From a bacterium (lineage in GTDB: Bacteria; Planctomycetota; SKW154; DAOVDS01), in the NCBI GenBank assembly GCA_030669415.1, contig DAOVDS010000102.1, positions 1 through 13,185 on the forward strand: a stretch of DNA of 13,185 nt. The letters are read 5' to 3'. The notes below the pieces were generated by a model that was given only the letters and a program-made list of their open reading frames with translations, was not told where the DNA came from and searched no databases. Shown here piece by piece: positions 6,154 to 13,185 of the stretch. The position numbers were made by a program, and so were the translations under genes. Positions within the stretch are counted from its first letter, which is position 1. The number at the start of each line of letters is the position of its first letter.

Positions 6154-6332
6154 GTTTGACAATATGGTTAGCCGGCGGACTTGTCCGCCGTGCAATCCTG
6201 TGGTGCGTGCCACCCCGCCCTTTCCCGGAAAGAGCGGGGCAGCTACGTGAAACTGTCGCAAAAAAACAAGATATTGACCGTTAGTAGTAGTGGGTCACGA
6301 GCCCTTCGGATTCTGCAGCATGGAGGTGCATC

Positions 6333-7520
6333 TTGAGATTCAGCTTTGACACTAACGAGATATTCCCCGCGCTCGGCAGGGCTCTGATGGGGCACGGCGC
6401 ATTTCCCGGTACCGGCCCGTACAGGAAGCTTGCATTCCTTGAGAGCCTCATCGAGATAACGCGCCCGTTTCTCGTCGTAATGGGGATTCCCGCAGTGGGT
6501 ATGGGGGCTGTCCTTGCAGCGGGCGTGATGCCCTCGCCTCCCGTGCTCCTTCTCGGAGTCATAGCTGTCATGTTCGGGGTCTCCGCCACGCACGCTTTCA
6601 ACGATTGGGTGGACAGAAGACGCGACCTGGCCGTCTGGGAGAACAGGCCGATACCTGCGGGCCGGATGCCGGCCTCTTTCGCGCCTCTTTACGCCGTGGC
6701 TATGGCGGCGGGCTCGCTCGTGATAACTGCGGCATTTTTCGGCATGAGTGCCTTCTTCGTATTGCTTATCGCCGAGCTGCTCGCGGCCTTCTACTGCCTG
6801 GTTACCCGCGATGCAATCGGCTACCTCTCGCTCCCCCCCATAATCGCGCTCTTCCCGGTCGGCGGCTGGGCAGCCATCTCGCCCGAGACCCTGTTCTCGA
6901 GCTGGGTGCCCTGGTTCCTCGCAGGGATTGTGCTCACCTGGCAGTCCGCGCACATAATGGTCTACATGCCTGCGCACCCGATTTCACTGGTTAAGGGCAA
7001 GCCCCGGTGCGAGAAAAAGGCATTTCTGTTCTATCCGACCCCGAAGCAGGCGGCAGTCCTGGGCGCCGTTTTCAGCGCGCTGCTCCTTTCGGAAGTCGTG
7101 TTCCTGGGCGTAACAGCGAGCCTGGGCGTAATCTACTGGGTTCTTGCCGTGCCGATTACCGTACTGACCCTGGCGAGCTCGCTGCGGCTGCTTGCCTCAT
7201 CATCAGACAAGGACCGTGCCATTGTCGCATTCAACGCTGCTTCGATGTCCCTTGCGTTTATCTGCGGCGGCGTCTGCCTGGATGTCATGGTCAGGTCGTA
7301 CGTCGGCACCTTATTCAACTGGACGGTGCAGGCCGCAAGAGACACAGGCACCTGGATAGAGTCACAGGCGCCAAGCCTGAACACCTGCGCCTATTGGGCG
7401 GTCCTGGTGATTGCCGCCCTCGTAACGCTCGCGAGCGTGGGGAAGGTCCTCAAGGAGCTCTCGCAGAAAGGGCCCGGCGGCGATGCGGCGGCTGCTGTTG
7501 GGGACACTACCGGTGATTAG
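6333..7520 (+). CDS. UbiA-superfamily membrane prenyltransferase (atypical, 395 aa)
   Basis: First Asp-rich motif NDWVDRRRD (NDxxDxxxD) is followed by ENRPIPAGRM (RP[IL]PSG-like). It is preceded by KLAFLESLIEITRP, like the LTRLDKP N-terminal helix of UbiA. Multiple TM helices. TTG start at 6333 with RBS GGAGG (6322-6326); the alternative is ATG at 6387 (MGHGAF..). Stop TAG at 7518-7520. Confidence 0.8.
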   Translation: MRFSFDTNEIFPALGRALMGHGAFPGTGPYRKLAFLESLIEITRPFLVVMGIPAVGMGAVLAAGVMPSPPVLLLGVIAVMFGVSATHAFNDWVDRRRDLAVWENRPIPAGRMPASFAPLYAVAMAAGSLVITAAFFGMSAFFVLLIAELLAAFYCLVTRDAIGYLSLPPIIALFPVGGWAAISPETLFSSWVPWFLAGIVLTWQSAHIMVYMPAHPISLVKGKPRCEKKAFLFYPTPKQAAVLGAVFSALLLSEVVFLGVTASLGVIYWVLAVPITVLTLASSLRLLASSSDKDRAIVAFNAASMSLAFICGGVCLDVMVRSYVGTLFNWTVQAARDTGTWIESQAPSLNTCAYWAVLVIAALVTLASVGKVLKELSQKGPGGDAAAAVGDTTGD

Positions 7521-7528
7521 GAACATGG

Positions 7529-8715
7529 ATGAGCCCTGTTGAGCTGGTTCTGATACATCCCCCGTCAACCTTCAGGAACCCCGCGGGCCTGAGCATGCAC
7601 GGGATGGTTACCGCTTCAGTGCCATCGACGCCCGCGGTCGAAATCTACCCGCTCGGCTTCCTCTCAATAGGCGCCTATCTCGAGAAGCACGGCTACTCGG
7701 TCGCTATCCGCAACCTGGCACTAACATCCTCGGTTCTGCCGCAACTGCGCCCTGCCAGGTTCGCGCCTTTCCTGCGGGGCCGCGTAGCAGGCATCGACCT
7801 GCAGTGGGCATCAAATACTGATGGCGCGCTCGAGACCGCCGCCGCCATCAAGCGCTGCTCGCACGCATATTCCTTGCCGGCGACCTGCGTGACCCGGGCG
7901 AGGGATACGCAGCCGAAGTCTTCAGGCTCTACCGTAAGGAGAAGATAGACAACCCGCTGATTATCGAGACAATGTCCCCTGCCCCGCGCGAGTACTTCGA
8001 GCAGGCTCTCAGGGCTGCGCCCCGGGTCACGTTCCAGATGTCCGTTGATACGCATGACGACAAGCTGCGCTACAACTTCGGGCGCAAATACACAAGCGCC
8101 GAGGTCGAGAAGACCATCGAAGGGGCGCTTGGCGCCGGCTGCGGGTCGGTCAGGATATTTTTCGGAATCGGGCTTCCCGGCCAGGACAGGAAGTCAGTGA
8201 TGGACACCGTCGCTTACTGCGGGGAGCTGCTGCAGAGGTTCGGGAAGGACAGGCGATTCTACCCCTTCATATCGCCGCTTCTTCCCTTCATTGAGCCGGG
8301 CTCGCGGGCATTCAGGAATCCGCAGAAATACGGCTACACCAACTTCGCCCAGACACTCGAGGACTGCGTGTCGCTCATGCGCAAGCCAAACTGGGCACAA
8401 ACCCTCGGCTACTGCACCGAGTCCATGGACAGCAACACCCTGGTTGAGACAACGTATGAGGCGGGAATCGCCCTGAACCGCATTCACGCCGAACACGGCC
8501 TGCTCTCACAACGCAGGCGCAGGAAGGAGGAGAGCCGCCTGCGCCGGGAACTTGAATACATCAGGGAGGGCCGCGTGCGCAAGAGGCTGTGGCTTCAGGG
8601 CGAGTCGTCCCTCTACACACCGGGCCTTCGAGGCAGCCTGTCCAGAATGCTGCAACTGCGCCCGCTTGGCATTATCAAGGAAACACTCAGAGGCCTGAAA
8701 CAGGAATCGCGCTGA
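7529..8715 (+). pseudogene. Disrupted B12-binding radical-SAM-like gene: B12-binding-type N-terminal domain (frameshifted near 7850-7865) fused to only the C-terminal half of a radical-SAM barrel; CxxxCxxC region absent
   Basis: Frame 2 (7529..7948): MSPVELVLIHPPS...YPLGFLSIGAYLEKHGYSVAIRNL...RVAGIDLQWASNTDGALETAAAIKR, which resembles the class-B radical SAM B12-binding N-terminal domain, then decays to RARDTQPKSSGSTVRRR*. Frame 1 continues sensibly from ~7822: ..LLARIFLAGDLRDPGEGYAAEVFRLYRKEKIDNPLIIETMSPAPREYFEQALRAAPRVTFQMSVDTHDDKLRYNFGRKYTSAEVEKTIEGALGAGCGSVRIFFGIGLPGQD...FYPFISPLLPFIEPGSRAF. This matches the beta4-beta6 part of a radical SAM core (GlPGET/QT-type motif). No CxxxCxxC and no beta1-beta3 equivalent is found in any frame between them. 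RBS AGGAAC 7 nt before ATG 7529, directly after the UbiA-like gene. Confidence 0.55.
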
Positions 8716-8787
8716 CCTGCTTGCGTTTGAACGCCGGTGCGGCAAAGGCATCGCGGCCTGCAGCGGACACCTCAGAACGGGAACAGC

Positions 8788-8816
8788 TTGACAGCAGGAC
8801 TGTTACAATGTATCAT
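8788..8816 (+). promoter_or_regulatory. sigma70-like promoter for the two-component operon: -35 TTGACA (8788-8793), 17-nt spacer, -10 TATCAT (8811-8816)
   Basis: Reads cagcTTGACAgcaggactgttacaatgTATCATgctg. TSS ~8823. RBS GGGGAG (8846-8851) precedes ATG 8856. Confidence 0.55.
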
Positions 8817-8855
8817 GCTGCAAGGGCTGTAGGCTGGTGGTAGCTGGGGAGTTCC

Positions 8856-11087
8856 ATGAGCAAGGCGCTGCCTGAAGCGAAACGCATCTTCAGACGAATT
8901 ATTATCATTTTTCTTCTTGCCATCATCCTGCCGAGCGTACTGCTCGGGTACTTCGGGATATATGCAATTGAGAACGAGAAAATCGTCCTGAAAAGCGGGA
9001 TTCAGGAGAATCACCTTGCAGTCGCAAACTTCGTCTGCGCTCAGATTAAGGAGGAGATTCTCAAGCGCGAAGGCAAGGTGCGAAGAGATGTGAACCTGTT
9101 TCTGCCGAAGGACTATGATTCGGCCGAGGCATCCCGCGTCATGGACCGGCTGCGGTTCCTGCACAAGATAGTGAAGGAGTCGTTTCTCCTGACAGACCAG
9201 GGTACCCTGCTGTACCCGCAGGAGCTGTCCACCGAGGGTGTTGCGTCGGGGCCGCTCTCGCGCATGCCCACCACCATACCGAGGGAGGAGTTCCGAAAGC
9301 ACATGGAACTCGAAGAGCTCTACAACGAGGGTCGCAAGCTGGAGTTCTCCGAGAGCTCGCCGGAGCTTGCGATTGAGAAGTACTCGAAGGTGGCTGCCAA
9401 CGACTTCAACGAGCAACTGGCAGCCGAGGCAGGTTTCTCTGTTGCCCGCTGTTACGCCAAGACCGGCGACAACGTCAGGGCGGCCGAGAGCTACGAGAAG
9501 CTCTTCGACACCACGCCATCCATACGCCTGCTGGCCGGGCTGCCGGTTTCGCTTGAATCTCACCTCTGTGCTTCGAGCGAACGGCTGGCCGCGGGCGAGA
9601 CCGATGTCGCGGTCCGGCTGCTTCTTGACGCCTACTCGACGCTGCTCGACTACGGTTATCCCCTCACGATAGACGAGTTCCGCGCCGTGAGCATGCGGAT
9701 ACGCCGGGCGGTAGATTCCATCGAGGAACAGGAGAAGCTCGCCGCGGGCGACCGGGCGGAGTACGCGGACCTGCAGGCGCTCGAAGACCTGCGGCTGGTA
9801 CAGGACAGGTACGCGAGGATTATCAAGACCGCCTTCCTGCCGCAGCTTGTCGAAGCGTTCGCGAAGCTGGCCGCCGTGCCGCAGACGGGGCGGCACCTGA
9901 GCGTGGACGCCAGCGGAGAGAAGGTCACTGTCATGTTCTTCTTCCCCTTCAACGTCGGCACCGTTGACGGGCGCCCCGTACGATACCTGTACGGGTGCGT
10001 TCTCAACACCGACTACATCCGCAAGCTCGCGCAGGAGCAGGTCAGCGGCGGGCGGTTCGAGGAAGGGCTCGTCGTTCTCGTCAGGAGCGCCGACCAGGTT
10101 ATGGCAGTCTCGCCCGGCGCGCCTGAGGCCTTCGCCGAATCCGTCGAGAATCAGGACCAGCTCCTCTCAGCCGAGCTGCCATTTTCCGAGATTCTCCCAC
10201 ACTGGGCAATCGGGGTGTACTACCTCAACATGGCCAAGCTGGACCAGTGGATAAGCAGGCGGCTTCTCAGCCACGTTGTCACTGTGCTTCTGCTCATTGT
10301 GGTGATACTCGTCGGCGTGTTTCTCTCTCTGCGGGGAATCTCGCGTGAGCTTGAGCTTGCGAAGATGAAGAGCGATTTCGTCTCCAACGTATCCCACGAG
10401 CTCAAGACACCGCTCACCTCAATCAGAATGTTCGCCGAGATGCTCAAGTCGGGCCGTGTGAAGAGCCCGGCCAAGCAGCAGGAGTATTTCGAGCTCATGA
10501 CTGCCGAGAGCGAGCGCCTCAGCCGGCTGATAAGCAATGTGCTTGACTTCGCGAAGGTGGAGGCAGGACGCAAGAAATACAACTTCGTGGCGCTTGACGC
10601 GAACGAGATAATGAAGGAGGCGGCACAGATTATTCAGCCCCACGTCCACCAGCACGGCTTTGATATGACCCTTACGCCATCCGTCGAGCCAATGCCTATC
10701 ATGGGGGACAAGGATTCTCTCGAGCAAGTGTTATTGAATATTCTGAACAACGCGGTAAAATACTCGGGGGAGACAAAAGATATCAGGCTGCGCGCTTACG
10801 CCAATGGTGAGAATGCGGTTATAGATGTAGAAGACAAGGGCGTGGGCATTTCGGAGGAGGAAATCCCCAAGATATTCACCAAGTTCTATCGCGCCGACTC
10901 GCGCCCGGGCTATCAGAGCGCAGGCGCGGGGCTCGGGCTTACACTTGCGCACCAGATTGTCGAGGCGCACGGGGGCACGATAAAGGTCAAGAGCAGTCTC
11001 GGCAGGGGGAGCACTTTCTCGATAGTGCTGCCGCTCGCCCGCGGCGGGGACGGGCCGGAGGATGGCCAGGCCTTGCGCCCGGTGTGA
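8856..11087 (+). CDS. Sensor histidine kinase with a large (~430 aa) extracytoplasmic sensor domain
   Basis: TM1 IIIIFLLAIILPSVLLGYFGIYAI. Long extracytoplasmic region with a TPR-like stretch (EELYNEGRKLEF...AIEKYSKVAANDFNEQLAAEAGFSVARCYAKTGDNVRAAESYEKLF). TM2 VVTVLLLIVVILVGVFLSL. HisKA H-box FVSNVSHELKTPLTSIRMFAEML. HATPase_c N/G boxes LLNILNNAVKYS, DKGVGISEEEIPKIFTKFYRAD, GAGLGLTLAHQIVEAHGGTIKVKSSLGRGSTF. The antisense ORF 8772..9896(-) is rejected. Confidence 0.9.
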   Translation: MSKALPEAKRIFRRIIIIFLLAIILPSVLLGYFGIYAIENEKIVLKSGIQENHLAVANFVCAQIKEEILKREGKVRRDVNLFLPKDYDSAEASRVMDRLRFLHKIVKESFLLTDQGTLLYPQELSTEGVASGPLSRMPTTIPREEFRKHMELEELYNEGRKLEFSESSPELAIEKYSKVAANDFNEQLAAEAGFSVARCYAKTGDNVRAAESYEKLFDTTPSIRLLAGLPVSLESHLCASSERLAAGETDVAVRLLLDAYSTLLDYGYPLTIDEFRAVSMRIRRAVDSIEEQEKLAAGDRAEYADLQALEDLRLVQDRYARIIKTAFLPQLVEAFAKLAAVPQTGRHLSVDASGEKVTVMFFFPFNVGTVDGRPVRYLYGCVLNTDYIRKLAQEQVSGGRFEEGLVVLVRSADQVMAVSPGAPEAFAESVENQDQLLSAELPFSEILPHWAIGVYYLNMAKLDQWISRRLLSHVVTVLLLIVVILVGVFLSLRGISRELELAKMKSDFVSNVSHELKTPLTSIRMFAEMLKSGRVKSPAKQQEYFELMTAESERLSRLISNVLDFAKVEAGRKKYNFVALDANEIMKEAAQIIQPHVHQHGFDMTLTPSVEPMPIMGDKDSLEQVLLNILNNAVKYSGETKDIRLRAYANGENAVIDVEDKGVGISEEEIPKIFTKFYRADSRPGYQSAGAGLGLTLAHQIVEAHGGTIKVKSSLGRGSTFSIVLPLARGGDGPEDGQALRPV

Positions 11088-11182
11088 GGCACAGGCTGAT
11101 TCGCCGGCGCCTGCGAGACCGCCAGGATGCAGTGTGAGTCCGAAGTGGCAGGTGGGACAACCGTCGAAAGGAGTTGGGCGTC

Positions 11183-11860
11183 ATGACGAAGATACTGGTA
11201 GTTGAGGACGAACTTCCCATCCTGACGGGAATACGCGACAACCTTGAAATGGAAGGCTACGAGGTCGCGACCGCTATCGACGGCGAGAAGGCGCTCGAGA
11301 TGGTCTCGAAGTTTAAGCCCGACCTCATCGTGCTTGACATCATGCTACCGAAGGTCGACGGTTTCGAGATATGCAGGCGGCTGCGCGAAGGAAAATCCAA
11401 CGCCGCGGTCGTGATTGTCAGCGCGAAAAAGGAGGAGACGGATAAAGTCTACGGGCTTGACGTCGGCGCAGACGATTACATCACCAAGCCCTTCAGCGTC
11501 ATGGAGTTCCTCGCGCGGGTCAAGGCGGTGCTCAGGCGCAGGGGGCATGCGCCGCCGCTGCTCAAGTACGCGTTCGGCGACATAGCGCTTGACTTCGAGA
11601 ACTTCGAGGCGACCAAGAAAGGCAAGAAGCTGCCGCTTACGCCGCGCGAATTCAAGATAATGCGGCTGTTCGTCGAGAACCGCGGCCGCGTAATCACGCG
11701 CAACGAGGTTCTCAACAAGGTCTGGGGCTACGAGGTATTTCCAACGACCCGGACCGTGGATAACCATATCGTGAAGTTGCGCAAGCATATCGAGGACGAC
11801 CCCGCCAAGCCGTGCTGGATTACCTCGGTTCGCTCAGTGGGTTACAAGTTCAATGGGTAG
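11183..11860 (+). CDS. OmpR/PhoB-family response regulator (receiver + winged-helix DNA-binding domain)
   Basis: RBS AAAGGAG (11167-11173) precedes ATG 11183 by 9 nt; the ORF track starts at the in-frame TTG 11174. MTKILVVEDELPILTGIRDNLEMEGYEV...DLIVLDIMLPKVDGFEI...TKPFSVMEFLARVKAVLRR. C-terminal LTPREFKIMRLFVENRGRVITRNEVLNKVWGYEVFPTTRTVDNHIVKLRKHIE...VRSVGYKF is the OmpR wing. Confidence 0.9.
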   Translation: MTKILVVEDELPILTGIRDNLEMEGYEVATAIDGEKALEMVSKFKPDLIVLDIMLPKVDGFEICRRLREGKSNAAVVIVSAKKEETDKVYGLDVGADDYITKPFSVMEFLARVKAVLRRRGHAPPLLKYAFGDIALDFENFEATKKGKKLPLTPREFKIMRLFVENRGRVITRNEVLNKVWGYEVFPTTRTVDNHIVKLRKHIEDDPAKPCWITSVRSVGYKFNG

Positions 11861-12356
11861 GCGCTGTTTCATGATTGGCCTTGTCATTGCGGGCGCGCTC
11901 GCGGCCCTCGGATGCAATGGCCTTGACACATCCTGGCACATTGACACAAGACCGCTGCCCGAGAACCATCCCTCCAAGGGCAAGATAGAATTGGAGGAGC
12001 ACGCGTGGCGCTTCGTGCGCGACGCCGAGCCCGGTGAGACACTGCCCGGCGGCGCCAAGGCCGACCATTTCGATGTGCTGTGGGAGTGGCGTATGGAGAT
12101 CGCCAACATCTCGGACAAGCCTGTCCAGGTGAAGGCCGGGTTCAGCCTTGTGACCGCAGACGACACCATGGAAATCGCCAAGTCTGAGGACCCGCCGGAG
12201 AAGGACAAGCTGAGAGCCCTCAAGCCCGGCGAGAAAAAAACCTTTACAGGAAAGGGCTTCCTGGATAGAAAAGACATCCCCCGTGTCGCCCGCGGCCGGG
12301 GCAAACTGGGTGAACCGACCAAGAGAACTCGCAGGACAAGGAAAGGAGAACGCTGA
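11853..12356 (+). CDS. Small hypothetical secreted protein / probable lipoprotein
   Basis: ATG 11853 overlaps the regulator stop (TAG 11858-11860) by 8 nt, suggesting translational coupling. N-terminus MGRRCFMIGLVIAGALAALGCNG is a signal peptide with Cys after the hydrophobic core (relaxed lipobox). Rest is charged: ...HFDVLWEWRMEIANISDKPVQVKAGFSLVTADDTMEIAKSEDPPEKDK...KRTRRTRKGER. Start could instead be ATG 11871. Confidence 0.55.
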   Translation: MGRRCFMIGLVIAGALAALGCNGLDTSWHIDTRPLPENHPSKGKIELEEHAWRFVRDAEPGETLPGGAKADHFDVLWEWRMEIANISDKPVQVKAGFSLVTADDTMEIAKSEDPPEKDKLRALKPGEKKTFTGKGFLDRKDIPRVARGRGKLGEPTKRTRRTRKGER

Positions 12357-13185
12357 GTGATTTACGACCTCACCGAGAAGCAGGCTGAAATCCGCCGCCG
12401 CGGCATCGAGTTCGCCAGAGAGTACATCGCGCCTTACGCCGAGGAATGGGACAGGGCCGAGGAGTTTCCCATAGAGCTGTTCCAGAGAATGGCGGAAGAG
12501 GGTTTCGTCGGCTACCCCTTCCCCAAGAAGTACGGCGGCATGGAAGGCAACTACCTCGAGTACTGCACGCTGGTCGAGGAGGTAGCCCGCGTGGACGCCT
12601 CCGCCGCTCTGGTCATGTGCCTGAATGCCTCGCTCGTGACGAATCCTATTCTTATCGCAGGCACCGAGGAGCAGAAGGACAAGTGGCTGCCCCCGCTGTG
12701 CAACGGCGAGTACATAGGCTGCTTCTGCCTCACCGAGCCCACCGCCGGGTCAGACGCATCCAACCTGTCCAGCTACGCCTATCTTGATGGTGACGAGTAC
12801 GTCCTCAACGGCGAGAAGATATTCATTCAGCACGGAAATGTGGCCGACATCTCCGTGGTTGCCTGCCGGATAGCCAAGAAGGAAGGCGGTCGCCCGAGAA
12901 TCTCCGTTCTGGTTGTGGACGAGATGAAAAACAGGCCCGGTGTAAAGCAGATGAAACTCGAGAACAAGATGGGAATCCGGGCCGCCACCACCGGGCGCAT
13001 CGAGTACCGCGACGTTCGTGTGCCCAAAGAGAACCTCCTCGGCGAGATAGGCACCGGCTTTCGCACCGTTCTGGCCACCCTTGACGGAGGCAGAACAGGT
13101 ATCGCGGCACAGGCTCTCGGCGTCGCCCAGGGCGCCTTTGACCGTGCCTTCGAGTACGCCCAGGCGCGCCACCAGTGGGGCCAGC
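12357..13185 (+). CDS. Acyl-CoA dehydrogenase (short/medium-chain type), 3' end off window
   Basis: GTG 12357 directly follows the TGA (12354-12356) of the upstream gene; RBS GGAAAGGAG (12339-12347). Manual translation: VIYDLTEKQAEIRRRGIEFAREYIAPYAEEWDRAEEFP...GTEEQKDKWLPPLCNGEYIGCFCLTEPTAGSDAS...DGDEYVLNGEKIFIQHGNVADISVV...ISVLVVD...PGVKQMKLENKMGIRAATTGRIEYRDVRVPKENLLGEIGTGF...LDGGRTGIAAQALGVAQGAFDRAFEYAQARHQWGQ. These are the canonical ACAD motifs. Not in the ORF track (no stop). Confidence 0.9.
   Translation, partial: MIYDLTEKQAEIRRRGIEFAREYIAPYAEEWDRAEEFPIELFQRMAEEGFVGYPFPKKYGGMEGNYLEYCTLVEEVARVDASAALVMCLNASLVTNPILIAGTEEQKDKWLPPLCNGEYIGCFCLTEPTAGSDASNLSSYAYLDGDEYVLNGEKIFIQHGNVADISVVACRIAKKEGGRPRISVLVVDEMKNRPGVKQMKLENKMGIRAATTGRIEYRDVRVPKENLLGEIGTGFRTVLATLDGGRTGIAAQALGVAQGAFDRAFEYAQARHQWGQ

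Noticed and set aside
6047-6284. Small ORFs 6047..6250 (67 aa) and 6066..6284 (72 aa) in the leader region
   Set aside because: Their starts fall inside the predicted promoter with no RBS, and the sequence is better explained by hairpins and repeats. I cannot exclude a tiny leader peptide without expression data.
6243-6977. 244-aa minus ORF and 6281..6601 minus ORF
   Set aside because: Antisense to the UbiA-like gene, which has the NDxxDxxxD motif and TM periodicity. The minus translations are Arg/Glu/His-rich nonsense.
7529-8715. Calling 7529..7948 (139 aa) and 7972..8715 (247 aa) as two independent intact genes
   Set aside because: The first ORF ends in non-protein-like RARDTQPKSSGSTVRRR. 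The B12-domain-like sequence continues in another frame (IFLAGDLRDPGEGY...) that flows into the second ORF. Neither piece is a complete domain, so I treat them as one disrupted gene.
8716-8787. Possible terminator after the radical-SAM remnant (GC-rich GCCGGTGCGGCAAAGGCATCGCGGCC)
   Set aside because: No convincing perfect stem and no downstream U-tract. I leave it uncalled.
8772-9896. 374-aa minus ORF (and 9238..9672, 9656..10009, 10220..10582 ORFs)
   Set aside because: All overlap the histidine kinase, whose frame has H-box, N-box and G-box motifs. These are spurious wrong-frame or antisense ORFs.
1-13185. CRISPR arrays, IS elements/transposase or integrase genes, rRNA/tRNA genes
   Set aside because: No spaced direct repeats, no terminal inverted repeats flanking a transposase-like ORF, no recombinase motifs and no tRNA cloverleaf were found on manual inspection. 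The window looks like ordinary chromosomal backbone.

Overview
This is a GC-rich bacterial chromosomal segment with dense coding; I cannot assign a taxon. I translated frames by hand, which recovered two edge-truncated genes (M42 peptidase, acyl-CoA dehydrogenase) that the ORF track omits because they lack an in-window stop. I support 11 genes and one disrupted gene.

Gene order:
1. <1..965 (-): M42 metallo-aminopeptidase, C-terminus off window.
2. 982..2700 (-): 570-aa lipoprotein built from about 18-20 degenerate aromatic 'FP-x-F-x-Y/W' repeats with a C-terminal Phe, putative outer-membrane protein, 16 bp upstream of the peptidase.
3. 2733..2976: divergent sigma70-like promoters flank a cluster of mutually exclusive GC-rich stem-loops.
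4. 3007..3477 (+): small soluble P-type-ATPase-like HAD protein with Asp->Asn changes in motifs I and IV.
5. 3537..5132 (+): flotillin/SPFH protein with an N-terminal triplicated beta-hairpin module and an E/A-rich coiled coil.
6. 5147..5183: bidirectional Rho-independent terminator.
7. 5198..5899 (-): secreted or lipoprotein hypothetical protein.
8. 5900..6332: long structured leader with a 3x tandem 9-mer.
9. 6333..7520 (+): atypical UbiA-superfamily prenyltransferase.
10. 7529..8715 (+): disrupted B12-binding radical-SAM-like gene, with a frameshift and no CxxxCxxC half.
11. 8788..8816: promoter.
12. 8856..11087 (+): sensor histidine kinase.
13. 11183..11860 (+): OmpR-family response regulator.
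14. 11853..12356 (+): small lipoprotein, 8-nt overlap with the regulator.
15. 12357..>13185 (+): acyl-CoA dehydrogenase, 3' partial.

No CRISPR array, rRNA, tRNA or obvious mobile element is present. All family assignments rest on motifs read in translation and recalled from memory, not on database searches.
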